Shown in pieces: positions 9,143-19,654 of a stretch of DNA of 64,000 bases. The stretch's first letter is position 1; each line of letters starts with the position of its first letter. The notes beneath the pieces are model-generated. The model was not told where the DNA came from and made no database searches. It saw nothing but the letters and a program-made list of their open reading frames with translations. Position numbers and translations under genes: made by a program. The DNA is from an uncultured Gemmatimonadales bacterium (GTDB lineage: Bacteria > Gemmatimonadota > Gemmatimonadetes > Gemmatimonadales > Gemmatimonadaceae): assembly GCA_963851265.1 (NCBI GenBank), contig CAWKNZ010000002.1, positions 896,001 through 960,000 of the forward strand. The letters run 5' to 3'.

Positions 9143-9393
9143 TGGTAGGACTCCTAGAGGGAAGGCGGCGGTGTGGAACCGGCGGGGCGGCGGGGAGCCA
9201 CTCGAGGACGCACGACTGCGGTGTGACGTCACACCGGCACTGCGCGAATCGCGGCGCGTGCACACAGCGTGAGTTACAGGGCCGCCGAGGGTCCTTCAAC
9301 CCTGGGATGTGCTGCACCTCACATCACGCATGCGATCCCGAACGCGGCGCGTGTTAGGCACCACGACGCCGGCCGCACCGGCTTCCAAACCGC

Positions 9394-10254
9394 CTACTCA
9401 TCTGGCGGGAAGTCGGCCCCCACGGTCACCCCCTCCCATGCGTCGAAATCGCTACGAAGTTCGTCGAGCTTGCGCCGCGCCCCGTTGAGCGCGGCGCGGC
9501 CGAGCAGGAGGTGGAGCGGCGGATTCGGCGCGAGCACCGCGTCGATGATCGCCTGCGCCGCACGCACCGGGTCGCCGGGTTGCTTCCCGCTCGCATCGCG
9601 GATGTTGCGGCGGTTCCGGCCGGCCGTTTCGTCGTAGTCGCGAATATGTACCGTTGCCTCGTCCGCCGAGCGGCCGGCCCAGTCGGTGCGGAAGCCGCTC
9701 GGCTCGACGACGGTCACCTTGATGCCGAGTGGCGCGACCTCCTGCGCGAGCGCTTCGGAGAATCCGACCACCGCGAACTTCGTCGCGTTGTAGTATCCGA
9801 CCGCCGGGAAAGCTCGGAGTCCGCCGATGGACGCGACGTTCACGACGTGACCGCGGCGGCGGCGGCGCATGCCGGGGAGAACCGCGCGCGTCATGGCCGA
9901 GAGCCCCCAGACGTTGATCTCGAACATGCGACGGACGGCCGCCTCGTCGCTCTCCTCGATCGCGCCGAAGTAGCCGATCCCCGCGTTGTTCACGAGCACG
10001 TCGACGCCGCCGAACACCTCCTCGGCGGCCTGCGCGACCGCCTGCACCTCCGGGCCGTCCGTTACGTCGAGTTGCTGCACGTGCACCTGATCGGCCGGCC
10101 GGTCCGCGGCGAGATCGCGGATGGACCCCGGGTCGCGCGCCGTGACCACGGCTCGGTGCCCTCGGTCGAGCACGGCCTTGGCGAGTTCGCGGCCGAAGCC
10201 GGTCGAACAGCCCGTGATGAGCCACACGGGAGTGGGCTGTTGCTGTTCTGTCAT
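9394..10254 (-). CDS. Short-chain dehydrogenase/reductase (17-beta-HSD-like classical SDR)
   Basis: WLITGCSTGFG, DVLVNNAG, YNATK (YxxxK), VEPSGFRTDW. Confidence 0.92.
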   Translation of the reverse strand: MTEQQQPTPVWLITGCSTGFGRELAKAVLDRGHRAVVTARDPGSIRDLAADRPADQVHVQQLDVTDGPEVQAVAQAAEEVFGGVDVLVNNAGIGYFGAIEESDEAAVRRMFEINVWGLSAMTRAVLPGMRRRRRGHVVNVASIGGLRAFPAVGYYNATKFAVVGFSEALAQEVAPLGIKVTVVEPSGFRTDWAGRSADEATVHIRDYDETAGRNRRNIRDASGKQPGDPVRAAQAIIDAVLAPNPPLHLLLGRAALNGARRKLDELRSDFDAWEGVTVGADFPPDE

Positions 10255-10575
10255 GAAGCGGTGGTGGTTAGAGGGAGTGAACTACGCGCGGGTGCGCATG
10301 GCGGCGTCGTGGCGCCCCCCCGGCCGGGGCGCCTCCGATTGCGATGAGGGCTGGGAAACGCATGTCGCGCGGCGAGTCGTGCACGCCCGTCACGGGTTCC
10401 GGGTAGAACCCGGACCTCGCCGACGTCTCGTGCCCGCCGCCGGGAACGCCCGGCGCGTCGGTGACGACTGCGGGCTCGGGCATGAACGGCACGGGAAGAA
10501 GCCAGCCGGATCTGCCGAGCCGCCCGCGCAAGAACGGTGCAGCGGTGAACTACAGGACGCGGAATGCGGGGCAGC

Positions 10576-10995
10576 TCAGCCGATCGTCTCGAGCACGCGC
10601 GCCAGCGCCGCGCGGTCGTCGCGGGAGAGCGCCGCGTCGAACCGGCGCGTCAGTCGCGCGAGGTTCCGCTGACCGACGGCGTGCCGCTCCGCGCCGAGCG
10701 GGGTGAGCACGGCGCGCACGCTCCGGCGGTCGTCGGCGTCGTCCACACGGCGGACGAGGCCGTCGGCTTCCATCCGGTCGGTGAGCTGCGTGATGTTGGA
10801 GCGCACGCAACGCTGGCCCGCGGCGAGCTCGCCGAGCGGGACCGGCGCGCCGGCGCGCGCGAGCTGCGCGAGCACGCCGAACTTGGCGCGGGACAACCCG
10901 AGTTCGGCCATCGCCGCCTCGACCTGATCCTGGAGCAGCTGCGCCGCGTCCAGGAACCGGAGCGCGAGCGCGCGCCCGGCGGTGGACTTGTTCAT
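10576..10995 (-). CDS. MarR family transcriptional regulator
   Basis: GLSRAKFGVL...ELA...SNITQLTDRMEADGLVRR..DADDRRSVRAVLTPLG winged-helix signature. Confidence 0.9.
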   Translation of the reverse strand: MNKSTAGRALALRFLDAAQLLQDQVEAAMAELGLSRAKFGVLAQLARAGAPVPLGELAAGQRCVRSNITQLTDRMEADGLVRRVDDADDRRSVRAVLTPLGAERHAVGQRNLARLTRRFDAALSRDDRAALARVLETIG

Positions 10996-11089
10996 CTATG
11001 CAAGATACAGAAATGTCGTGCGACGCGGCATCGGCTCGACGCGCAACGGGGCGGCTACGCCGCGCGCCCGCTGCGCGTCGGCGGACGCC

Positions 11090-14000
11090 TCACGCCGCCC
11101 GGATGCGGCGCGCGAGCGGCGTGTAGTCGAGCGCGCGCGCGTGCACCAGCGACCGGTGCAGCATCGCCTCCGCCACCGGTCCGACGCCGCGCAGCAGCGG
11201 CGCGCATTCGGCTGCCAACCAGAGCGCGGCGTACGGGTCGTACCGTTCCGCGCGCTCGATGCGCGCGAGCAGCAGCTCCGCCACGTCCGCGCGCGAACGG
11301 CCGGTCGCCGCCGCAACCCGGACGTGGAGCGCGTCGCACAGCTCGCGCCCCTCAAACCACCACTCCGCCCGCTCCGCAAACCGCAGGTCCACCACGGCCT
11401 CCCGCTGCACCGCCCCACGCACCGCGCCGAGGTCGAGCTCGGCCAGACCGCCGCCCGCGAGCGCGCCAAGGTGTACCCCGGATTGGCCGAGCGCCTCGGC
11501 GGGTCCGAGGCATGCAGCGTACAGCTCCAACGCCCCGGCCGCGTCGCCCTGCGCGCGCGCGAGGTGTGCGAGGTTGTACAGCGTCACGAGCCGCTGCGGT
11601 TCCATCGCGAGGGCCGTGAACAGCTGCCGCGCCTCCTGCAGCGACTCCTCGGCCTGGGTGAACCGGCCGGTCTTGAGCATGAGGATGCCGAGGTTCCCGA
11701 GCGCGGTGGCGATCGTATTGCGCGTCCCGAGCTCACGGCCAATGGCTAGGGCCGTGCCGTACGCGACTTCGGCCGCGGCGTGGTTCCCCGACCGGTCGCA
11801 TGCGATGCCGATGTACCCGTGCGCCCGCTCCTGCCCGCGCCGGTCGCCGAGTCTCGTGTACAGGTCGAGTGCGCGCCGGTAGTGCGGGACCGCGTCGGCC
11901 GGACTCGTCTCGTGGCGCCCGGCCGAGACGACGTCGAGGACGGTGACGCCGACACGCATCGCTGCTGCGGCGTGCAGCTCGAGGTTGGGGAGGGGGGCCG
12001 CCGCGGCTACCGCCTCCGCGGCATAGCGTTCCGCGTCGCCTGAGTCGCCGAGCGCGGCGTGCGCTTCGGAGCACATGATGAGCAGCCACACGACTTCCTC
12101 GGTCGCGCCCGCGGCGCGCGCGTCGGCGAGCAGTGCGACGCAGCTCGCCAGCACGTCGCTCGCCGGTGCGCCGCGCTTGAGAAGTAGCCGCTGTTGCATC
12201 CGGCGCGCGGCCCAGAGCACGCCGAGCGTTTCGGAACCGTCGACGAGTTCGGTGAGCAGCGCCGTACATTCGGTGTCCGCCGCGGCGTGGTCGCCACGCA
12301 CCTCGGCGATCCCGGCGAGGCGCCATGCGACCGCGGCCATGTCGGAGCGCGCGCGGGCGTGCCGACGCGCGACCGCGAACAGCTCGGCCGCACTGTCGTA
12401 CGCGTGCGCGGCCGACGCCCGCGCTCCCGCCTCGAACGCCGTTCGGAACGCGTCGGCCGCGCAGCCGGCGCGGTCGAAGTGCCGGGCCACGTCCGCCGTG
12501 GTCACGTCGCCGCGCGACTCGAGCGCGCGGCCGACCCGCTCGTGCACGCGCCGGAGGCGCAACGGATTGACGCCCGCCTGCAGCACCCGCGGCAACAGCG
12601 CGTGCGCGAACGTGAGGGACGTGGCCGCCCGCGGCGACCGCTTGACCACGGCGGTGGCGAGGCCGGCGTCGAGCGCGTCGAGCACCTCGTCCTCGTCACG
12701 GTCGCAGGCGGCCGCGAGCGTTTCGGCGTCGAAGTCGCGGCCCAGGACGGCCGCGACGGCGAGGATGTCGCGCTGTCCGCGGCCGAGTCGCGCAATCCGC
12801 CGGGCGAGCAGGTCGTGGACCGCGCGTGGCAGAGGCGCCTCGTGTGGGCTACGCGCGGCCGCGGCGTCGAACACCCACCGCCCGTTCACCGCGCGCAGCT
12901 GACCGGCGTCGGTGAGGGCGCGGAGGGTGTGGGCGACGAACAACGGGTTGCCCTCGCTCTGCGCGGCCACGTACGCCAGAAGGGCGGGGTCCGCAGGCTG
13001 TCCGCCGAGCGCGGTGCGCAGCCATTGCGCGAGGACGTCGGAGCGGAGGCGGCCTAACGAGATCTCGGTGTACCGCTCCGACCGCGACAGGCGCGCACGC
13101 CGCGCATCCGCCGCCTCGTCGAGGTCGTCCGCGCCGATCGCCAGGCAGACGAGCAGCCGCTGCTCGCTGGTGCGCACGGCGAGAAACTCGAGCGCCTCCC
13201 ACGTCGCGGCGTCGGCCCACTGGGCGTCGTCGATGATCACGGCGAGGGGACGCGTGGCGGTGACGAGCGACAGAAAGTGGTGCAACTCGTCGAGCAGCAC
13301 GTACGGGGACCCGCCCGACGCGGGCAGCGGATCCACGACCGCGCGCGGTCCATCGGACGGATCGGCGAGTTCGGGGACGAGCCGCGAGAGCTCGCGCCAC
13401 GCGCGGCGCGGCGCGAGGCCCGCGCGCCAGGCCGCGAGCACGATGTCGGCCCACGGGCCCAGCGGCGGGCGCACGTCGGCTTCGAGACAGCGCGCCACGA
13501 GCAGCGACCCGGCGCGCACGCCGACGTCGGGGGCGAGCTGCTTGAGCAACGCCGACTTGCCTGCGCCCGCCTCGCCGACGACGGCGACGAGTTGCGGTTC
13601 GCCGCGCGCGGCGGCATCGAACAGGCGGCGCAGGCGCTGCCGCTCGTCCACACGTCCGACGAAGCACTCGAGAACGGCGTCGGCGTGCGCGGCGGTGCCG
13701 GACCCCGCGCGGGTGACCGCGTCGCGCCCGGCGCGCTTGGCGCCGTACAGCGCACCGTCCGCAGCGGCGAAGAGAGCCTCGAGCGTGTCGCCGTGTTCGG
13801 GAGCGGTCGCGACTCCGATCGACAACGTGACGCGAACGGTTTCCCCCGTGCCGTCCCGCCGCGGGCACGCCGACGCCGCGACCGCGGCTCGCAGTCGCTC
13901 CGCCACGACGCACGCCTCATCCAGCTGCGTGCCGGGGAGCAGGACGACGAATTCGTCGCCCGCGTATCGCGCCGGCAGGTCGCTGGGCCGGGTATTCGCG

Positions 14001-16036
14001 CGCACGTGGTCGGCGACGAGGCGCAGCACGCTGTCGCCCTGCAGGTGACCGAAGGTGTCGTTGACGAGCTTGAAGTGGTCGACGTCGATCACGAGCAGCG
14101 ACACCGCACGGCCGGTCGTGCGCCGCGCGTCGAGGATGCGTTCGGCGGTGTCCCGGAACGCGCGTCGGAGCGGCAGCTGCGTGAGGTCGTCGGGTGGCGC
14201 CGACGCGCGCTCGAGTTCACCCCCCGCCATTCCGGCCAACTCGGCGACCACGACGTCCGAAACGGTATCGTCCGGCACGTCGTCGCGAGCGGGCGCACCC
14301 GGCGACTCGTCCGACGGCGCCCAGCGCGCCGGAGCACTCGGTTCGTGATCGTTGCGCGCGGCCCACTCGGTCGCGAGCGCCTCGAACCACCCGAACACCG
14401 CAGGATCGAAGCGCGAGCCGACGTCACGGCGCATGACCTGGAGCGCGTCGTCGTGCGAGAGTGCGCGCTTGTAGCTGCGTACCGTCGTGAGCGCGTCGTA
14501 TACGTCGGCGACGCCGAGGATGCGCGCCGCGAGCGGGATCGCGTCGCCGCGTAGCCCGCGCGGGTACCCGCACCCGTCCCAGCGTTCGTGGTGCGACTCG
14601 ACGACGGCGCGAACCGCTCTCGGGAAGTCGAGCTCCTCGAGCATCTCGGTTCCGGCCGCCGCGTGGCCGCGCATCAACGCCCATTCTGCGTCGCTCAGCG
14701 TCCCGGGTTTGTTCAGGACCTCCGGAGGAACCGAAAGCTTGCCGACGTCATGGAGCAGGGCGCCGATTCTGAACCAGTACAACCCAGTTCGGTCGAAGCC
14801 GTGCGCCGAGCCGGCACGTTCCGCGATCATGCACGCGAGTTCGGCGACTCGCACGCAGTGCCCTTGCGTGTACCGGTCCCTGGCTTCGGCCGACTCGCCC
14901 CAGCGGCGGGCGACGTGAAGGATGTGCTCCTCGACGCTGCGGAGCTGCGGGGCGACGTCCAAGGCGTCGCGGCGCGCGTCCAGTCGCGAGAAGAGCCGGT
15001 GCGCGCGGTTGAGCTGGCGAAGTACTTCGCCGTTCTTGCCGCTGCGCTGGGCCAACTCGGCACGCTCGCGCGCGACCTCCGCCTGCACGAGCACGTCTCC
15101 GCACGCGGCGGCGACTTCGTCCGCGCGGAGCAGGTGGCGTTCGGCGTCCTCAGCGTCCCCGGTCTCGCGGGCGATCACGCCGAGGACCTTGGTCGCCTGG
15201 CCGATCGCGGCGGCGTCGCTGACCCTGGCCGCAGCGTCGAGTGCGCGTCGGGCGGCGTTCTGCGCCTTCCCGAACTCGCGCCGTGCGACCCAGAGTTCGG
15301 CGATACGCACGTCGACCCGAACGCGTGCGCGGAGGTCGCCGGCGACGTCCGTCAGCCGGGCGGCTTCCAGTAAGGCGCGTTCGGCGTCCGTCCACTCCCC
15401 GGCGTCCGTGTGCAGCGCGCCCTGGCGTACGAGCACTGTCGCGGTATCGCGCACGAGTCCGAGCCCGCGAAACTCGCCGAGGGCGGTGGCGAAATGGCGG
15501 TGCGCGACGACGACGTCGCCGCGCGAGGCCGCGAGCACGCCGCTCCGTTCGGCTGCCTGCGCGGCGAGCTTCGGGCGGCGTGCACGCTGCGCGAGCGAGC
15601 GGGCCTCCACGTACAGCTGCTCCGCGTGGTCCGCGGCGCCTCCGCGGTGCACGGTCGCGGCCTGAAGCATGAACGCTTCGGCACGCGCGTCGTCGTCGGC
15701 GACCGATTCGGCGACCGCAACCGACGCCGTCAGGCAATCGAGTGCGGCCGCGTCGTCGCCGCGGTCGTGCGCGTTCGCCTCCGTCTGATACGTGCGCGCG
15801 ATCCAGCGCAGGATGTGCGGCGCCTCGCGCGAGGCTTCTTCGGGGTCGCGGAGCGCGTAGAGCGCCTGTTCGAGCGCGTCGCGCGTTGCGCGGATGCGTC
15901 CCTGTTCCTCGTCGTGACGCGCCCGCTCGAGCAACGCCGCGACCGCCGTCGATCCTGCCGGGCCGCCGTGTGCCGGCGTCGGCGCGTAGGCAGCCGTGAG
16001 AGCGGGGACGGTCGGGGGCGGGACGGGGATGCGCAC
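11090..16036 (-). CDS. Multidomain c-di-GMP signalling protein: TPR - HD-GYP - GGDEF - AAA/STAND ATPase - TPR
   Basis: HD-GYP: YTQGHCVRV, LLHDVGK, HHERWDGCGYPRGL, ADVYDALT. GGDEF: DVDHFKLVNDTFGHLQGD, RPSD I-site, RYAGDEF. Walker A GEAGAGKS, Walker B IIDDAQWAD, SEGNPLF. Helical repeats at both ends. Start chosen at GTG 16036. Confidence 0.88.
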   Translation of the reverse strand: MRIPVPPPTVPALTAAYAPTPAHGGPAGSTAVAALLERARHDEEQGRIRATRDALEQALYALRDPEEASREAPHILRWIARTYQTEANAHDRGDDAAALDCLTASVAVAESVADDDARAEAFMLQAATVHRGGAADHAEQLYVEARSLAQRARRPKLAAQAAERSGVLAASRGDVVVAHRHFATALGEFRGLGLVRDTATVLVRQGALHTDAGEWTDAERALLEAARLTDVAGDLRARVRVDVRIAELWVARREFGKAQNAARRALDAAARVSDAAAIGQATKVLGVIARETGDAEDAERHLLRADEVAAACGDVLVQAEVARERAELAQRSGKNGEVLRQLNRAHRLFSRLDARRDALDVAPQLRSVEEHILHVARRWGESAEARDRYTQGHCVRVAELACMIAERAGSAHGFDRTGLYWFRIGALLHDVGKLSVPPEVLNKPGTLSDAEWALMRGHAAAGTEMLEELDFPRAVRAVVESHHERWDGCGYPRGLRGDAIPLAARILGVADVYDALTTVRSYKRALSHDDALQVMRRDVGSRFDPAVFGWFEALATEWAARNDHEPSAPARWAPSDESPGAPARDDVPDDTVSDVVVAELAGMAGGELERASAPPDDLTQLPLRRAFRDTAERILDARRTTGRAVSLLVIDVDHFKLVNDTFGHLQGDSVLRLVADHVRANTRPSDLPARYAGDEFVVLLPGTQLDEACVVAERLRAAVAASACPRRDGTGETVRVTLSIGVATAPEHGDTLEALFAAADGALYGAKRAGRDAVTRAGSGTAAHADAVLECFVGRVDERQRLRRLFDAAARGEPQLVAVVGEAGAGKSALLKQLAPDVGVRAGSLLVARCLEADVRPPLGPWADIVLAAWRAGLAPRRAWRELSRLVPELADPSDGPRAVVDPLPASGGSPYVLLDELHHFLSLVTATRPLAVIIDDAQWADAATWEALEFLAVRTSEQRLLVCLAIGADDLDEAADARRARLSRSERYTEISLGRLRSDVLAQWLRTALGGQPADPALLAYVAAQSEGNPLFVAHTLRALTDAGQLRAVNGRWVFDAAAARSPHEAPLPRAVHDLLARRIARLGRGQRDILAVAAVLGRDFDAETLAAACDRDEDEVLDALDAGLATAVVKRSPRAATSLTFAHALLPRVLQAGVNPLRLRRVHERVGRALESRGDVTTADVARHFDRAGCAADAFRTAFEAGARASAAHAYDSAAELFAVARRHARARSDMAAVAWRLAGIAEVRGDHAAADTECTALLTELVDGSETLGVLWAARRMQQRLLLKRGAPASDVLASCVALLADARAAGATEEVVWLLIMCSEAHAALGDSGDAERYAAEAVAAAAPLPNLELHAAAAMRVGVTVLDVVSAGRHETSPADAVPHYRRALDLYTRLGDRRGQERAHGYIGIACDRSGNHAAAEVAYGTALAIGRELGTRNTIATALGNLGILMLKTGRFTQAEESLQEARQLFTALAMEPQRLVTLYNLAHLARAQGDAAGALELYAACLGPAEALGQSGVHLGALAGGGLAELDLGAVRGAVQREAVVDLRFAERAEWWFEGRELCDALHVRVAAATGRSRADVAELLLARIERAERYDPYAALWLAAECAPLLRGVGPVAEAMLHRSLVHARALDYTPLARRIRAA

Positions 16037-16389
16037 GTTCGGGGCTTCGCGCCGGGGCGCTGGTCGAACAGACGGGAGCCGGCCGTTGCGCGGAAGACGA
16101 TCGTGCGTGGCGCGCCGGCGCGTGCTGCTCGCGGGTGTTGGGGGCAGGACGGGTGCGAGCGATGCGACGTCACACCGCCCGCGATCCGCCCGGACGGAGG
16201 TGTTGGCGAGCGCGCGAACGGCGGCGGTGCCGACCGGGCACCAACCGCCGTTGGGTGAAGTTCTCCTGCGGCGGTTGGGACCGTCGCAGGGCAATGATGC
16301 GGTTCAGGCGGCCGCCGAGCGTGTGGCGACCGGCCGCCCGCGACGCGCGTGCCTCGCGCCGTCAGCGAGGCGCCATCAGCGACGCGCGG

Positions 16390-17721
16390 TCAGCCGCGCG
16401 TCGCTGCGACGTCAGCGAATCCCGCGTCGAGTGCAGCCTCGGTCGCCGCGAACGTCTCGTCGTCGTGCGCGATCGAGAGGAAGTTGGCTTCGTAGGCCGA
16501 CGGGGCGATGTAGACGCCGTGTCCGAGCAGCGCATGGAAGAGCCGCGCGAAGGCGGCCGTGTCGGACGAGCGCGCACCCGCGTAGTCGACCACTGGGGCG
16601 GGGTTGAGAAAGAACCCCCACATTCCGCCGACCGCGGCGGTCTGCGCGGCGACGCCGTGCCGCGCGGCCGCGCTGGCGACGGCGGCCGCGAGGCGGGCGC
16701 CCATCGCGCGCATCGCCTCGTAGGTGCCGACGGTCGCCATCACGCCGAGCGAGGCGAGGCCCGCCGCCATGCCCAACGGGTTGCCCGAGAGCGTGCCGGC
16801 CTGGTAGACCGGGCCGGAGGGTGCGACCGTGCGCATCACGTCGGCGCGGCCGCCGTATGCCGCGACGGGGAGTCCGCCGCCGATCACCTTGCCGAGGCAG
16901 GTGAGGTCCGGCGTGATCCCATAGAGGATCTGCGCGCCGCCCCACGCGACGCGGAAGCCCGTCATGACCTCGTCGAAGATCAGCAGGGCGTCGTGGGCGG
17001 TCGTCAGGCGGCGGAGTCCGGCGAGGAACCCGGGCGCCGGGGGAACCAACCCCATGTTGCCGGCGACGGGTTCGACGATGATGGCGGCGACCTGGCCGCG
17101 GTTGGCCTCGAGCGCCGCTTCGGTCGCCGCGAGATCGTTGAACGGGACGACGATCGTGTCCGCCGTCGCGCCCGGCGTCACGCCGGGGCTGTCGGGAAGT
17201 CCGAGCGTGGCGACGCCGGAGCCGGCCCTGACGAGCAGCGCGTCGGCATGCCCGTGATAGCAGCCGTCGTACTTGATGAACTTGGGACGGCCGGTGAACG
17301 CGCGCGCGACGCGGATCGCGCTCATCGTCGCTTCGGAGCCGCTCGACACGAACCGGACCATCTCCACGCTCGGGAGCGCGTCGACGAGCACGGCCGCGAG
17401 CTCGGCTTCGGCTTCGATCGGCGCGCCGAAGCTGGTGCCGGACGCGACCTGGCGTCGGATGGCCTCGACCACCGCCGGATTCGCGTGACCCGCGGCAAGG
17501 GCGCCCCACGACATCACGTAGTCGACGTACGTCGTGCCGTCGACATCGGTCACGTACGCGCCGCGCCCGGAACGCATCACGCGGGGGGTGCCGCCGACCG
17601 CGCGGTAGGCACGCACGGGGCTGCTGACGCCGCCGGGGATGACGGCGCGCGCGCGTTCGAGCACGGCCGCGGAGCGCTCCACGGGCGTCGTGTCGATGCC
17701 CGCAGTTGGTGCGATCGTCAC
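16390..17721 (-). CDS. hemL: Glutamate-1-semialdehyde 2,1-aminomutase
   Basis: IPGGVSSPVRA, YVDYVMSWG, GTSFGAP, GCYHGH, FDEVMTGFR, GKVIGGGLP, YQAGTLSGNP; GTG start overlaps the hemB stop. Confidence 0.95.
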   Translation of the reverse strand: MTIAPTAGIDTTPVERSAAVLERARAVIPGGVSSPVRAYRAVGGTPRVMRSGRGAYVTDVDGTTYVDYVMSWGALAAGHANPAVVEAIRRQVASGTSFGAPIEAEAELAAVLVDALPSVEMVRFVSSGSEATMSAIRVARAFTGRPKFIKYDGCYHGHADALLVRAGSGVATLGLPDSPGVTPGATADTIVVPFNDLAATEAALEANRGQVAAIIVEPVAGNMGLVPPAPGFLAGLRRLTTAHDALLIFDEVMTGFRVAWGGAQILYGITPDLTCLGKVIGGGLPVAAYGGRADVMRTVAPSGPVYQAGTLSGNPLGMAAGLASLGVMATVGTYEAMRAMGARLAAAVASAAARHGVAAQTAAVGGMWGFFLNPAPVVDYAGARSSDTAAFARLFHALLGHGVYIAPSAYEANFLSIAHDDETFAATEAALDAGFADVAATRG

Positions 17722-18782
17722 GCGGCGTCTCCCTCGCGGATCCAAGCCGCGGCGTCCTTCGCGTAATACGAGATCACGAGATCGGCGCCCGCTCGGCGGA
17801 TGGCGATAAGCGATTCGAGCGCGGCCCTCCGACGGTCGAGCCAGCCGCGCTCGGCGGCCGCCTCGAGCATCGCGTACTCGCCGCTCACCTGGTACGCGAC
17901 GAGCGGGAGCGAACTCTTTCGCCGCACGCGGTGAATGACGTCGAGGTAGGCACCGGCGGGCTTCACCATGAGCATGTCGGCGCCCTCGGCTGCGTCGCGC
18001 ATCGACTCGCGCACGGCCTCCCGCGCGTTGCCGGCCGGGAGCTGGTGGCCGGCGCGGTCGCCGAACGACGGCGCGGAGGCGACGGCCTCGCGGAACGGTC
18101 CGTAGAACGCGGACGCGAACTTGGTCGAGTAGGACATGATCGGCACGTCGCGGTGGCCGGCCGCGTCGAGCGCGGCGCGGATCGCGGTGACCTGGCCGTC
18201 CATCATCGCGCTCGGCGCGACGATGTCGACGCCTGCATCGGCGTAGGCCACGGCGGCCGCGGCGAGCAGCGGGAGCGTGGCGTGGAGGTCGACCACGCCG
18301 GAGTCGTCGAGGGCGCCGCAGTGACCGTGCGCCGTGTACTCGCACAGGCAGACGTCCGCGACGACGAGCAGGTGCGGCGCGCGGGCCTTGATCGCCCGAA
18401 TCGCGCGGGGCACCGGGCCGTGGGGTGCGTACGCGCCGGTCCCGCACGCATCCTTCGCGTCGGGGATGCCGAACAGGAGCACCGACGACAGTCCGTGCGC
18501 GACGACCGCGTCGATCTCCTGCTCGAGCCGGTCGACCGTCCATTGCGCGTGCCCCGGGAGGGACGCGATCGGCTGCACGATGTCGACGCCGTCGCGGATG
18601 AAGAGCGGGAGGATCAGGTGCTCGGGGCGGAGCGACGTTTCGGCAAGCATGCGCCGCGCGGCCGACAGCTGGCGCAGGCGCCCGATGCGGCCTGCCGCGG
18701 CGGCCGGCGCGCTTGGGGCGGGCTGGCCGCGGTCGCGTGACGGCGGCGCCGGAGTGGCGCGGCGATCGAGTACGGAAGACAT
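17718..18782 (-). CDS. hemB: Porphobilinogen synthase (Zn-type)
   Basis: ADVCLCEYTAHGHCG, APSAMMDG, SAFYGPFR, MVKPA, AYQVSGEYAM. Confidence 0.95.
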   Translation of the reverse strand: MSSVLDRRATPAPPSRDRGQPAPSAPAAAAGRIGRLRQLSAARRMLAETSLRPEHLILPLFIRDGVDIVQPIASLPGHAQWTVDRLEQEIDAVVAHGLSSVLLFGIPDAKDACGTGAYAPHGPVPRAIRAIKARAPHLLVVADVCLCEYTAHGHCGALDDSGVVDLHATLPLLAAAAVAYADAGVDIVAPSAMMDGQVTAIRAALDAAGHRDVPIMSYSTKFASAFYGPFREAVASAPSFGDRAGHQLPAGNAREAVRESMRDAAEGADMLMVKPAGAYLDVIHRVRRKSSLPLVAYQVSGEYAMLEAAAERGWLDRRRAALESLIAIRRAGADLVISYYAKDAAAWIREGDAA

Positions 18783-18799
18783 ACGAGGGGCAGCGAGGG

Positions 18800-19654
18800 T
18801 CAGCCGGCCGGCTGTGGGTGCCGGCCGCGCATCAGATGATCGAGTGTAGCGGCAACGAGCGCGTCGTCGTGCGGCGCGGCGGCGACCGCCGACACGCGGA
18901 GGCCTCGAACGGCGCACGCGTCGGCGGTGGTCGGGCCGATGCAGACCGTCGCGCACGCGTCCGGCGGGACGCCGGCCGCGACCAACGCGCGAATCAGCGC
19001 GCCTGCGGCCGACGGACTCGCGACGAGCACGGCGTCCAGCATCCCCGCCGCGGCCGCTGCCGCGAACTCGGCCAGCGCGTCGGGCGGCGCGTCGAGTGTG
19101 CGATAGGCGACCACGCGGTCGACCCGCGCGCCTCGTGCGGCGAGCAGCGACGGGAGCGCGTCGCGTGCGCGGTCGGCGCAGGGAAACAGCACTCGCGCAC
19201 CCCACATGCTGGGAAGTGCGCCTGCGAGCCCGTCGGCCGTCTGGAGCGGCGGTATCAGATCTACCCGCCCGAAGGCGAGGCGTGCCGCACGTGCGGTCGC
19301 CTCGCCGACGACAGCGACCCGCGTGCCGCGCGCGACCCTGGCGTCACACCCGACCTCGTGCGGCGCGCGCAGGCCGAACGCGTCGAGGCGGGACACGATG
19401 GCGTCGACCGCGGCGGCACTGGTGAGCGCGAGCCAGTGGTAGACCGGCTCGGGCGTGCGCGCCGCGAGTTGATGGAGTGCCAGATCGAGCGCGTGGTACG
19501 AAGCGGGCGGAGCGACGGCGATGGCCGGCGCCACGATCACGGTCGCGCCGAGCGCTTCGAGCCGGGTGACGAGCGCGTGGGCGCGCTCGCGCGGGCGGGT
19601 GACGGCGATGACGCGACCGGAAAGCGGCGCGTCGCCAGCACCCGCGTGCGTCAC
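18800..19654 (-). CDS. hemD: Uroporphyrinogen-III synthase
   Basis: IAVTRPRERA, WLALTSAAAV, VVGEATA, VVAYRT, ASPSAA, CIGPTTA; operon position between hemC and hemB. Confidence 0.85.
   Translation of the reverse strand: MTHAGAGDAPLSGRVIAVTRPRERAHALVTRLEALGATVIVAPAIAVAPPASYHALDLALHQLAARTPEPVYHWLALTSAAAVDAIVSRLDAFGLRAPHEVGCDARVARGTRVAVVGEATARAARLAFGRVDLIPPLQTADGLAGALPSMWGARVLFPCADRARDALPSLLAARGARVDRVVAYRTLDAPPDALAEFAAAAAAGMLDAVLVASPSAAGALIRALVAAGVPPDACATVCIGPTTADACAVRGLRVSAVAAAPHDDALVAATLDHLMRGRHPQPAG

Noticed and set aside
10268..10531. 87-aa ORF between MarR and SDR
   Set aside because: No recognisable motif or convincing RBS; likely intergenic.
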